Notes under the pieces: model-generated
The model's database searches: none
The model's input: only the letters and a program-made list of their open reading frames with translations
Told to the model about the DNA's origin: nothing
Program-made: the position numbers and the translations under genes
In this document: piece after piece, positions 49,126 through 58,499 of the stretch
Layout of the letters: the number at the start of each line of letters is the position of its first letter
How positions within the stretch are numbered: the stretch's first letter is position 1
Assembly (NCBI GenBank): GCA_039803205.1
Contig: JBDRYB010000005.1
Span: 32,001-96,000 of the forward strand
DNA length: 64,000 nucleotides
From: a candidate division WOR-3 bacterium
GTDB taxonomy: Bacteria > Hydrothermota > Hydrothermia > JBDRYB01
Direction of reading: 5' to 3'

Positions 49126-50634
49126 TTATCTCACAACCGCCTTGCCTTTGTGGTTCCTCGTCGTCCAGAGATAAACGCCTTGGTCAAGGGAGATCCTGTT
49201 CTCGCCCTTTTGCAGTTTGCCGGAATAAGATAGCCTGCCATCAGGGGCGTAGAGCCTGAGATCGGTATCAGCCTCTGACCTGAAGACGAGGCCTCCAGGA
49301 ACAGATAAGCAGGTTATCGGCGGGCCGGATTCAAGGCCTCTCTCCTCAACATACTCGTAAACGGGTGCGCAGATATTGGTTATTACAGGAGTGGGCGAGG
49401 TGACTATGGGGTTTGGTGACGATGTGTTCGGAGAACAATTCGCTCCAGTTGAAATCGAGGATATGCTCGGCGATGGCGTTCCAACGACTGGCGAGCAATC
49501 CTGAACACAGCCGGGATAATTTCCGTTCTGATCCAGCTTGAGAACAAGTACATCCCATCCGCTGGGACCCGTTAGCACATAGCCGCCGTCCATTGTCTGG
49601 ACTATGGAGCGTGGTTCTTCATAGCCCGTTCCCCCAAATGTCCTTGCCCAGGCGAGAGAGCCGTCCGGGTTTAGCTTGAGGACGAGGTAATCAGTGTTGC
49701 CAGCACCGAAACTATATGTGAATCCCCCGACAGCGTAGCCTCCATCTGAGGTCTGGGTTATGCACTCGGCACCATCCCATTTCGGTCCGCCAAAAACCTT
49801 GGCCCAGGCAAGAGAACCATCAGAGTTCAGCTTGACGACGAAGATATCGTAAGTGTCGGCAACGGCAAAACTTATTGTGTATCCCGCTAAAACACAGCCA
49901 CCGTCCGTGGTCCGGGTCATGCAGTAGGCCTCTTCAGACTTCGGTCCACCAATGATCCTACCCCAGGCCACAGAGCCATCAGAGTTCAGCTTGAGGACGA
50001 AGAAATCATTCGCGGTGCCTGTTCTCCGTCCACCAACAAAACAGCCACCGTCCGTAGTCGCGACGACGGAGTAGGCATAATCAGTGGCCCCTGCGTCATA
50101 TGTCTTGACCCAGGCAATAGAGCCATTAGAGTTCAGCTTGGCGACGAAGAAATTAATCTCAGTGGGGGGAAAACTGTTTGTGTTTCCCGCGACAACATAG
50201 CATCCATCCGTGGTCTGGGTTATCGACCAGATCTCATCATTTTGTATTCCGCCAAAAACCCTGGTCCAGGCCACAGAGCCATCCGGGTTCAGCTTGAGGA
50301 CGAAGGGATCATATTGGCCAGCACTGAAGGTATATGTCATTCCCGCGACAGCATAGCCTCCATCCGTGGTTTGGATTATAGAAGTAGCGAACTCTATGCT
50401 CGTTCCGCCATATGTCTTGGCCCAGGCCACAGAGCCATCCGGGTTCAGCTTGAGGACAAAGAAATCATTCCAGCCGCCACCAGCACCAAAACTATATGTC
50501 TCTCCCGCGACAGCATAGCCTCCGTCTGCTGTCTGGATTACCGAATAGCCGCGGTCAGCGCTCGACCCGCCATATGTCTTGGCGAACAAGCCTTGCCCTA
50601 CCAAGATATTTGTTATTATATAGAGACTCAGCAT
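49126..50634 (-). CDS. Secreted beta-propeller repeat protein with short C-terminal sorting-like domain
   Basis: QTTDGGY...VLKLNPDGSVAW repeats; tail LYAPDGRL...LDQGVYLW...GKAVVR. Confidence 0.87.
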   Translation of the reverse strand: MLSLYIITNILVGQGLFAKTYGGSSADRGYSVIQTADGGYAVAGETYSFGAGGGWNDFFVLKLNPDGSVAWAKTYGGTSIEFATSIIQTTDGGYAVAGMTYTFSAGQYDPFVLKLNPDGSVAWTRVFGGIQNDEIWSITQTTDGCYVVAGNTNSFPPTEINFFVAKLNSNGSIAWVKTYDAGATDYAYSVVATTDGGCFVGGRRTGTANDFFVLKLNSDGSVAWGRIIGGPKSEEAYCMTRTTDGGCVLAGYTISFAVADTYDIFVVKLNSDGSLAWAKVFGGPKWDGAECITQTSDGGYAVGGFTYSFGAGNTDYLVLKLNPDGSLAWARTFGGTGYEEPRSIVQTMDGGYVLTGPSGWDVLVLKLDQNGNYPGCVQDCSPVVGTPSPSISSISTGANCSPNTSSPNPIVTSPTPVITNICAPVYEYVEERGLESGPPITCLSVPGGLVFRSEADTDLRLYAPDGRLSYSGKLQKGENRISLDQGVYLWTTRNHKGKAVVR

Positions 50635-50662
50635 CGTTCACAACTCCTTTTATAGCCTCTTA

Positions 50663-50695
50663 ATTATACGGAAATAACTAGAGCATAACTAGAGC
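50663..50695 (-). promoter_or_regulatory. Putative activator-dependent promoter: perfect 11-bp tandem repeat plus -10 box
   Basis: On - strand GCTCTAGTTAT x2, i.e. TCTAGTT-atgc-TCTAGTT-7 nt-TATAAT. Confidence 0.7.
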
Positions 50696-50741
50696 AAATT
50701 CGGAGATCAAGTTGATCCCTACTGGGTTTGCGCCTTAAAAT

Positions 50742-52337
50742 ATGTGTGTGGACACATACAAGCTGGTTCTTGAAGGAACACACCTCGTAAGGGAAGGTAA
50801 TAGTGCTAAATTAACGAAGTATCTCCAATGGGTAAGGCGTAAAGACCCTTTGGCCTGGGCCATTCTCAATATAGTCGTAATGGTCTTGCGGTCAAGATTG
50901 TCTGAAGCGATCAAAAAGGGGGTGGGCTTATTGCCAAAGCTCTCAGAGGACCCCAAGCTATTCGAATTCCTCCTTAACATCATAGGCATAGCCTATATGA
51001 ACATGGGGGAGCTTTTACTCGCTGAGAAATATTACAACAAGGCCCTGGAGGTAGCTGAGATAATCGGGAGACCAGAACGCGCAGGCGTTATCAAGCTGAA
51101 TCTCTTTTTTCTTATGATGCATAGAGGCGAATACCAGATGATTCGCGAGAAGATAGTGGGGTTTATTAGAGCAGCTTCTATCTTCACTTCCCCATCCTTC
51201 AAATATGATCCGCTCTATATACTGGCTGCTGCAGAAATAGCTCTAGGAAAACCTGACAATGCTCTCAGAAAACTTGACTACCTTAATGGGACTGGTGTGC
51301 CTAACCTTTATTGGCGTAGAGGGATGGAAACCAAAGGGCTGGCTATGCGCATGCTATATAGGTTTAATGAGGCACGGGACTGTTTCATAGCGTCGGCCCA
51401 AAGCTTTGTAGATTTTAGCCACGCCTATGCCCCCTTCCCATGCGCCAAGGCCCTCCAACTGAGCAGGTTCGCGGGGGCCGAGCTTCCTCCAAAATCCCTG
51501 ATAAGGAAATGCCTGAATCTAGCCAAGAAGGGAAGTTGGGGCGAACAGGCCGCGGCTCAGGAAATACAAGCCCTGCTCATTGAGGATGACAAAACATGCG
51601 CGGAGGCGCTTTTTGCCGCGGCCCAAAGCTATCAGAGAGCCACTCAGCCTCTGGAGGCCTGCCTCTCGGGGCTTCACTCCGCGTATCTCGCTTGGAAAAC
51701 CAGCAGTCCTGTTTTTCCGGATGTTCTCAAGTTTCTGGCGCCGCTTCTTCCAATTCACCCAGGCTTCAAAAAAGACCCCATTCTTGGGGATTTCGCGACG
51801 AGAATAGAGCCTTTGCTGGCAACGGAGACCTCCTCCAGCGAGAGCAAGGGAATAAGGGCCTACCTCATAGGGGAGTTTAGGGTATTCGTGAACGGAGAGA
51901 GGCTATCGCTCAAAGGTTGGCGCAACAACAAGGCCATACTCGCGCTCGTATATCTCCTCCTTTCTCCCCAGCACAGGATCCCTCGCGATCACCTGTTTTA
52001 CCTTCTCTGGCCGAGGAGGAGCTATCGCTCGGAGGATAACAGAGTCCTCTTCTACAAGGCAATATACCTCATCAGGAGAAACCTGAGGGACCCCCGGCTT
52101 CTCACCAAGCACAGGGATTTCTATCAGCTGGAGGATACTTGGACCGATCTCGGCGAGATTGAGAACCTAGCGCGCCTCGCTGACGCGACCCGTGATCCCA
52201 GAGAAAAAGAGGAATACCTCTCCAGGGCAAAGGAGCTTGCTAAGGGGGATTTGCTCCCCGAGTTTCCCTATGACCGGCACATTGACGAATACAGGCAATA
52301 CTACTATAGGCTGAGAAAGAGACTGTTCGGAGAATAA
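50742..52337 (+). CDS. TPR-like + winged helix + partial BTAD transcriptional activator (SARP-like)
   Basis: Paralogue of 8784-10358 (FPCAKA, IRKC.NLAK, LVYLLLSP.HRIP, TWTDLGEIENL, DEYRQYY); start may be GTG 50748. Confidence 0.8.
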   Translation: MCVDTYKLVLEGTHLVREGNSAKLTKYLQWVRRKDPLAWAILNIVVMVLRSRLSEAIKKGVGLLPKLSEDPKLFEFLLNIIGIAYMNMGELLLAEKYYNKALEVAEIIGRPERAGVIKLNLFFLMMHRGEYQMIREKIVGFIRAASIFTSPSFKYDPLYILAAAEIALGKPDNALRKLDYLNGTGVPNLYWRRGMETKGLAMRMLYRFNEARDCFIASAQSFVDFSHAYAPFPCAKALQLSRFAGAELPPKSLIRKCLNLAKKGSWGEQAAAQEIQALLIEDDKTCAEALFAAAQSYQRATQPLEACLSGLHSAYLAWKTSSPVFPDVLKFLAPLLPIHPGFKKDPILGDFATRIEPLLATETSSSESKGIRAYLIGEFRVFVNGERLSLKGWRNNKAILALVYLLLSPQHRIPRDHLFYLLWPRRSYRSEDNRVLFYKAIYLIRRNLRDPRLLTKHRDFYQLEDTWTDLGEIENLARLADATRDPREKEEYLSRAKELAKGDLLPEFPYDRHIDEYRQYYYRLRKRLFGE

Positions 52338-52354
52338 CCGCCTTTGACCCGAGG

Positions 52355-52924
52355 CTACCCTTTCCCTTTCCCCCTCACGGTTATGGGAACCCCATCCCGG
52401 CAAAGGGGGCATTCCTCTGGTGGCCAAGCGGTCATGTCCAGCCTGAGGGCTGATAGAACCGGAACCCCCAGGTCTTTTCCCCCTGAGCGGTCAACCAGAA
52501 GCCCTACTCCAACAACAACTCCGCCTTCCTTTCTCACGGCCTCAATCGTATCAGAGACCGATCCCCCTGTGGTCATCACATCATCAACAACGAGGACACG
52601 CTTGCCTCTTATCGGGAAATCCCTACGAAATACTCGTCCCTTGCTCCCGTCAGGAGGGAGCTCAGCGTAGGCCGCTTCAAGGCCGAGCATCTCCGCGAGC
52701 GCGAAAGCGACCAGGATGCCGCCTGTCGTTGGCCCGGCTATCATCTCAGGGCTCAGCTTTCGGACATCATCCGCTATTAGGGATAGAAGCTTCCTCGTCA
52801 TATCAGGGCTCTCAAGGACCCTGAACTTCTCAAAGTATGCGTCAGAATGCAAACCGGATGTGAGGAGGAAATGGCCCCTGAGAAGGGCACCGCGTCTCTC
52901 AAGCTCTCTGAGGACCTCGCTCAT
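52355..52924 (-). CDS. pyrE: Orotate phosphoribosyltransferase
   Basis: GHFLLTSGLHS, VLVVDDVMTTGGS, VDRS, ECPLC. Confidence 0.94.
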   Translation of the reverse strand: MSEVLRELERRGALLRGHFLLTSGLHSDAYFEKFRVLESPDMTRKLLSLIADDVRKLSPEMIAGPTTGGILVAFALAEMLGLEAAYAELPPDGSKGRVFRRDFPIRGKRVLVVDDVMTTGGSVSDTIEAVRKEGGVVVGVGLLVDRSGGKDLGVPVLSALRLDMTAWPPEECPLCRDGVPITVRGKGKG

Positions 52925-52942
52925 GATGATATTATAGGGCAA

Positions 52943-53998
52943 TCAGCGCTCCTCGCTCACCGCCTCGGCCCTCCTCTCGTGCCAAGCAACGCGAGCCTGC
53001 GGCCTTGGGGGCTTTTCGCTGAGACTCGGCAAGAACCTTCCGTCCTCCCCAAAGGAGATCCCGCCTCCTCCAAGATCCTCCTCCGTGAGGGCCTTTATCA
53101 GCTTGAACGCCTCGGCCTCGGGGTCTATTTGCGGGTAATGGGCTTTACGCTGAGTAAAAGAGACGATTCGCCCGCCCAGAAAATTCCCGGCAGAATCAAC
53201 ATCAACAAGGAGCATGGGCGCGATGCCCCCGAGGCCTGATACATTTATCCCGTTCCAGGTGCAGAAGTTTCCGAGGGAATAGGCTATGAGTCTCCCCTTG
53301 TATAGCTCCATGGCTCTGGGCACATGGGGGCCGTGGCCAACCACCACATCAGCGCCAGCATCAACGCATGCCCTCGCGAACTCCACCACATTTCCCCGGT
53401 TCTCGCTGTAGAAGGTCTCGGTTTGAGCTTTAAGGTGAAGGGCCGAAGGCCCCTCAGCGCCTCCGTGGAAGGTAACCACAACAATATCAGCCGAGGAATC
53501 CGCCATGGCCACTATGGCCTTTGCCTTTCCGATATCCCTTATGTCATTACACCCAGGGGAGTGGCCGAAGCCAACAACAGCGACCCTCAGGCCTTCAGCC
53601 TCAAGATACGCTATGTCTCCGAGGAACCCCGTGTGTTTTAATCCCAGCGAATCGAGAACAGCGATGGTCTGGCGTTTTCCTTCCTCCCCGAAATCATTCG
53701 CGTGGTTGTTCGCTGTGTTCAGAACATCAAAGCCCGCGTCCAGGAGGTTCACGGCAAGCCAAGGCGGCATCCTAAAGGCGTATGACCTGCCCTTCGCGGT
53801 CCTCTTGGTGCACGCGGAGGAGGTAGTGAGAGGCCCCTCAAGGTTTCCAATTGCAATATCAGCCGAGTCCAGAAACGGCCTTGCCTCCGAGAACAGAAAC
53901 CGTCCGGAGTCCGGCGGAGGGCTCAGGCCCCCCCAGTCAGAACCCATCATTATGTCACCAACGAAAGCGAGGCGGAGGGAGACTATAACGAGGATCAC
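52943..53998 (-). CDS. CapA-family metallophosphoesterase
   Basis: GDIM, GNLE, ANNH, HGG.E, GHGPH, YSLGNF. Confidence 0.92.
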   Translation of the reverse strand: MILVIVSLRLAFVGDIMMGSDWGGLSPPPDSGRFLFSEARPFLDSADIAIGNLEGPLTTSSACTKRTAKGRSYAFRMPPWLAVNLLDAGFDVLNTANNHANDFGEEGKRQTIAVLDSLGLKHTGFLGDIAYLEAEGLRVAVVGFGHSPGCNDIRDIGKAKAIVAMADSSADIVVVTFHGGAEGPSALHLKAQTETFYSENRGNVVEFARACVDAGADVVVGHGPHVPRAMELYKGRLIAYSLGNFCTWNGINVSGLGGIAPMLLVDVDSAGNFLGGRIVSFTQRKAHYPQIDPEAEAFKLIKALTEEDLGGGGISFGEDGRFLPSLSEKPPRPQARVAWHERRAEAVSEER

Positions 53999-54084
53999 GG
54001 AGAAATTATAAGGTTCCCATCTGGCCTGGCGCTTGGTTAAAGCGTTGGCATCAGGCCATCTTCATGCAATATAATATCGCCCGC

Positions 54085-54158
54085 GCGCCCGTAGCTCAAC
54101 TGGACAGAGCGTCGGACTACGGATTCGAAGGCTGGGGGTTCGACTCCCTCCGGGCGCG
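54085..54158 (+). tRNA. tRNA-Arg(ACG), CCA not encoded
   Basis: Acceptor GCGCCCG/CGGGCGC, D arm TAGCTCAACTGGACAGAGC, anticodon loop CT-ACG-GA, T loop GGTTCGACTCC. Confidence 0.95.
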
Positions 54159-54170
54159 TTTTTCACGCGA

Positions 54171-55169
54171 ATGCAAATGATCCTTCTTAGCCTTATATCG
54201 GAGATAACCCTCACGGTTGAAAACGGCTCTCAACCGGGCAGGGTTCCTGACACCCTGATGGGCATAATATACAGCATAGGGCCAGAGGGGGGGATGCCCA
54301 CAGATACCATAAGAATACTGAATGGCAAGGCGGTCATCACGGAGCCAAAGGGCGCGCAGGCCGTAGGAGTTGAGGTCATATACGGCAAGGGAAGCTTTTT
54401 CTCTGATCCTATACCCCCTGGGGGTCAGGGAAGGGTCCTCATATACGAAGGGGGTGGCTCGCCCGAGGAGATAGCCGTCAAGCAGGTCAATGTCGCCTTC
54501 ACGCGGAGGGGGGATACCCTCGTTGTCGTGGAGGCCCTGCATATAGAGAACAAAGGGAACCGGATAATAGCAGGGGCGGACATAATGGCCTTGCCCCTTC
54601 CTAAGGGCTACTCTGATTTCTTCTACATGGGGCCACCTGAGGATTACCTTATTGCAAAGGACACGCTTTACCTAAGGCCCCAGCTCACCCCTGGCATATC
54701 CTCCCTCGCTTTCTCCTATGTGATGCCCAAATCCTTCACATACGAGAGGGACATAAACCCCAAGCCTGAGCAGTTCACCCTCTACGCGGAGCCCGGGTTG
54801 AAGCTGTCCGGAAAGAACCTGGTATCCATGGGCGAAACGAACATAGGAGGGATACCGGTTGCATCATACGCGCCGAAGGACCTGGCCCAGAGCCTAAGGA
54901 TCAGCGTAGGCGGAGGGAGACAGCGGCCGTGGCTCATGGCCTTACTCGCGGCCATAGGAGCAATAGCCCTCGTCGCGGTCGCCTGGTTCTTCGTTCAGAG
55001 GTATACCAAACGCCAGAGGCTCCTTGCTGACCTGGGAACAATAGAGTTCCTATACGCGAAGGGAGAGATGACTGAGGATGAGTATCGCGAGCAGAGAGAT
55101 TACCTCATGGAGGAGATAAAGAGGGCATTCGCCAAGAAGGAACCCGGAAGCGAAGGGGAGTTGTCGTGA
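54171..55169 (+). CDS. Hypothetical membrane-anchored protein
   Basis: 332 aa; C-terminal TM followed by [10 protein letters not shown] (SHOCT-like). Confidence 0.65.
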   Translation: MQMILLSLISEITLTVENGSQPGRVPDTLMGIIYSIGPEGGMPTDTIRILNGKAVITEPKGAQAVGVEVIYGKGSFFSDPIPPGGQGRVLIYEGGGSPEEIAVKQVNVAFTRRGDTLVVVEALHIENKGNRIIAGADIMALPLPKGYSDFFYMGPPEDYLIAKDTLYLRPQLTPGISSLAFSYVMPKSFTYERDINPKPEQFTLYAEPGLKLSGKNLVSMGETNIGGIPVASYAPKDLAQSLRISVGGGRQRPWLMALLAAIGAIALVAVAWFFVQRYTKRQRLLADLGTIEFLYAKGEMTEDEYREQRDYLMEEIKRAFAKKEPGSEGELS

Positions 55170-55223
55170 GGAAATGGCGCCACATGGGAAATCAATAACC
55201 GCCCACCATTATAATTTCCTTCC

Positions 55224-55586
55224 TTGAAAGAGCCACAGGACCTGGCGCGGGAGATAGCGCTCGCCCTCCTGAAAAAGAAAGCAGAGGGTGTCCTGGTTAT
55301 GGATCTGAGAGAGGTCGCGCCTTTCATAGCGGATTTCTTCGTTCTTGCCACAGCTCTCACCCGTGACCACGCGAGGGCTTTGGCGGACGGGGTAGAGGAG
55401 ACTCTTTTGGCAAACGGATATGCCCCTCATCACACAGAGGGCTATGGATCAGGAAGGTGGGTTCTCGTTGATGCGGATGAGGTCGTGATCCACATAATGA
55501 CCAGGGAGGCGAGGGAGTTCTATGCGCTTGAATCCCTTTGGGGGGATGCCAAGCAGGAGAGGTATGAGGACGAGGATCAGTCTTGA
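55224..55586 (+). CDS. rsfS: Ribosome silencing factor
   Basis: KKAE, DFFVLAT, WVLVD..VVIHI...REFYALE.LW. Confidence 0.93.
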   Translation: MKEPQDLAREIALALLKKKAEGVLVMDLREVAPFIADFFVLATALTRDHARALADGVEETLLANGYAPHHTEGYGSGRWVLVDADEVVIHIMTREAREFYALESLWGDAKQERYEDEDQS

Positions 55587-57129
55587 GAGACTGCTTTCCG
55601 AGGGATTCGGGGTGAGCGACATCAAGCTTGAAGAGCCCCGCTCGGAGGAATTCGGCGATTACACGACCAACATAGCCTTCAGGCTCGCGAGGGCCAGGGG
55701 CCAAAGCCCGGAATCAGCGGCAGAAGAGGTGGCAAGGCTCCTTGAGGATCACCCGGATGTCAGAAGGTGCGAGGTGGCCAGAGGATTCGTGAATATCTGG
55801 CTCACCGAGGAAGCCCTCCGGCGGTCCGTCGCGGAGATCATCCGGGACCCGAGCTCCTATGCCTCATCAGATCTTGGCAAGGGCAGGAGGGTCCTCTATG
55901 AATTCGTCTCAGCGAACCCAACAGGCCCCCTGAACATGGTATCAGCGAGGGCAGCGGCCTTTGGGGATTGTCTCGTTAGGCTCGCCCGCAGGTGCGGCTT
56001 TAGGCCCGAGGCTGAGTTCTACTCAAACGATGCTGGGGGCCAGATAGAGGCCCTTGGCCAGAGCATAGCCTTTAGGCTTGGCGAAAGAGACGCGCTCCCT
56101 AAGGACGGCTACGCTGGGGATTATATCATTCCCGTTGCCGAGAGGCTGAGGGCCGAAGGGGTTTCCCCCCACGAATACGGTGCCAGAGCCGCTGAGATCT
56201 TCCTCAAGGAGCAGATTGAGACCCTCTCTCGCTTCGGGGTGAGGTTTGACAGGGTCGTGAGGGAGAGCGAAATAAGGGCTGGAAGGTATCGGGACGAGGT
56301 GCTGGCCAGGCTCTCAGGCAAGACCGAGATGAAGGAAGGCGCGCTCTTTCTCATCGCTGAGGCAATAAGGGACCAGAAGGATAGGGTTCTGATAAGGAGC
56401 ACCGGGGAACCAACATACCTTTTTTGGGACATAGCCTATCATCTTCACAAAGCGGAGCGGGGCTACGACGAGATGGTGAACCTTCTGGGCCCGGATCACC
56501 ACACCCACGGTAGGGTTCTGACCGAGGCCATGAAGCTGATGGGCATCAGAAACCTCCGTATAAAGATAATCCAACAGGTTCACATCCTGAGAGGGGGTTG
56601 GATAGCACCGATGTCAAAGAGGAAGGGCGAGTTCTACACTATGGAGGAGCTCATGGAGGAGGTCGGCGTGGACGCGGCGAGGTTCTTTCTTCTCATGCGA
56701 GGTTCCTCACAGCCACTTGAGTTTGACATAGACTTGGCCAAGACCCTGGCATCGGATAACCCAGTCTATTATGTCCAGTATCTCCACGCGAGGTGCTCGT
56801 CTCTTGAGGGCTTTGCCAAAGAGCACGGGGTTTCCCCTAAAACCGAAAACCTTTCCCTCCTCACCGATCCTTCCGAGCGCTCCATCATGAGAAAGCTCCT
56901 TTATCTTCCGGATACGATTGAGTCCGCTTGTGAGGCTGAGGAACCCCACCTCATTCCCCATTACCTTCTGAGCCTAGCAGGGCTGTTTCACGGGTATTAT
57001 CAGCGCCAGAGGATAATCACGGACGACAGGGAGCTCTCCTCCGGCCGGCTCGCTCTCAGCCTCGCGGTTAGGGCCGCGATAAGGGAAGGGCTATCAGTTA
57101 TGGGGGTTTCGGCTCCGGATAAGATGTGA
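55564..57129 (+). CDS. argS: Arginine-tRNA ligase
   Basis: FGDYTTN, EFVSANPTGPL, GPDHH, MSKRKG, NPVYYVQY.HAR, GVSAPDKM. Confidence 0.95.
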   Translation: MRTRISLERLLSEGFGVSDIKLEEPRSEEFGDYTTNIAFRLARARGQSPESAAEEVARLLEDHPDVRRCEVARGFVNIWLTEEALRRSVAEIIRDPSSYASSDLGKGRRVLYEFVSANPTGPLNMVSARAAAFGDCLVRLARRCGFRPEAEFYSNDAGGQIEALGQSIAFRLGERDALPKDGYAGDYIIPVAERLRAEGVSPHEYGARAAEIFLKEQIETLSRFGVRFDRVVRESEIRAGRYRDEVLARLSGKTEMKEGALFLIAEAIRDQKDRVLIRSTGEPTYLFWDIAYHLHKAERGYDEMVNLLGPDHHTHGRVLTEAMKLMGIRNLRIKIIQQVHILRGGWIAPMSKRKGEFYTMEELMEEVGVDAARFFLLMRGSSQPLEFDIDLAKTLASDNPVYYVQYLHARCSSLEGFAKEHGVSPKTENLSLLTDPSERSIMRKLLYLPDTIESACEAEEPHLIPHYLLSLAGLFHGYYQRQRIITDDRELSSGRLALSLAVRAAIREGLSVMGVSAPDKM

Positions 57130-58499
57130 TGAGGATAAGTTTTCTGGGCGCTTGCAAAACGGTCACGGGCTCAATGCACCTCGTTGAGGCCGGTGGGCTT
57201 AGGGTTCTCGTTGATGCCGGGATGTTCCAGGGAGAGGTTGAATTTCTGAACTGGGCGGATTTCCCTTTTGAGCCTGAGAGCCTGGATTTCGTCATAATAA
57301 CGCACGCGCACCTCGATCACCTTGGGCTTTTGCCAAAGCTGGTCAAGGAAGGCTTCAGGGGGAAGGTCATAGCCCACAAGGCCACCCTTGATCTCTCAGG
57401 GATAATGCTTGAGGACTCGCTCAAGGTCCAGAAGGAGGACCTCCAAACAGAGAACAGGCGCAGGATCAGGAGGGGAATGCCTGAACTGGAGCCCCTTTAT
57501 GACGAGAACGATCTGAGGACTGCCGTGGGGCTTTTCGTGAGGGGAATTGACTACGGCCGCGAGATCGGGCTCGGCAGTGGGGTTTCTGTGGTGCTTCACG
57601 ATGCTGGCCACATTCTCGGCTCCGCGTTCGTTGAATTGAATCACGAGGGCAAGAGGGTGATCTTCTCAGGGGATATCGGGAACACGAACAAACCAATAAT
57701 CAGAGACCCTTCCCTGCCTAAGAAGGCGGATGCTGTAGTCCTTGAATCAACATATGGCGGTAGAACGCACGAGCCCATAGATGAAACAGCGAAACGCTTT
57801 GGGGAAATAATATCCGAGACATTCGCCCGGGGCGGGAATGTGATCCTGCCCTCTTTTGCCCTTGAGAGGGCGCAGGACATTCTGTATTACCTCAGGGAAA
57901 TGCACGAGAGGGGAAGCCTCCCCAAGGGCAGATACTTCCTGGATAGCCCCCTTGCTATTGACTCCACGGAGATATTTAGGAACCATCCGGAGTGCTACGA
58001 TCAGCAGGCAAAAGAGCTTTTCATGTCGGGCAAGGACATATTCTTTTTCCCTGGGCTCTGTTTCACGAGGACCCCTGATGAGTCAAAGGCGATAAATCGG
58101 ATAAACGAGAGGGCTTTGATAATAGCCTCGGGCGGGATGTGCGCCGGCGGCCGCATAAAGCACCACCTGAAGCACCGGCTCTGGAACGAGAGGAATTCAA
58201 TAGTCTTCACTGGGTATCAGGCAAAGGGAACCCCTGGCAGATACATAGCGGATGGAGCGGAGGAGATTGAGATCTACTGGGAGAAGGTTGCGGTTAGGGC
58301 AGAGGTCCACATCCTTGAGGGCTTCTCCGCGCACGCGGATCACAACGCGCTCCTTGAATGGTGCGCGCACGCTGATCCTGCAAGGATCTTCCTGGTCCAC
58401 GGGGAGCCTGAGGCCCAGGAGGCCCTGGCCCGCTCCCTTGATGATGGTGGGGCGAATGTCATGATCCCGGAAAGGGGCGACGAGGTGGAGATCAAATGA
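57126..58499 (+). CDS. MBL-fold beta-CASP ribonuclease
   Basis: VTGS, THAHLDH, AGHILGS, ESTYG, FSAHAD, VHGE. Confidence 0.93.
   Translation: MMRISFLGACKTVTGSMHLVEAGGLRVLVDAGMFQGEVEFLNWADFPFEPESLDFVIITHAHLDHLGLLPKLVKEGFRGKVIAHKATLDLSGIMLEDSLKVQKEDLQTENRRRIRRGMPELEPLYDENDLRTAVGLFVRGIDYGREIGLGSGVSVVLHDAGHILGSAFVELNHEGKRVIFSGDIGNTNKPIIRDPSLPKKADAVVLESTYGGRTHEPIDETAKRFGEIISETFARGGNVILPSFALERAQDILYYLREMHERGSLPKGRYFLDSPLAIDSTEIFRNHPECYDQQAKELFMSGKDIFFFPGLCFTRTPDESKAINRINERALIIASGGMCAGGRIKHHLKHRLWNERNSIVFTGYQAKGTPGRYIADGAEEIEIYWEKVAVRAEVHILEGFSAHADHNALLEWCAHADPARIFLVHGEPEAQEALARSLDDGGANVMIPERGDEVEIK

Noticed and set aside
54117..54542. 141-aa - strand ORF ending [11 protein letters not shown]
   Set aside because: Typical antisense shadow of the tRNA and of the adjacent CDS
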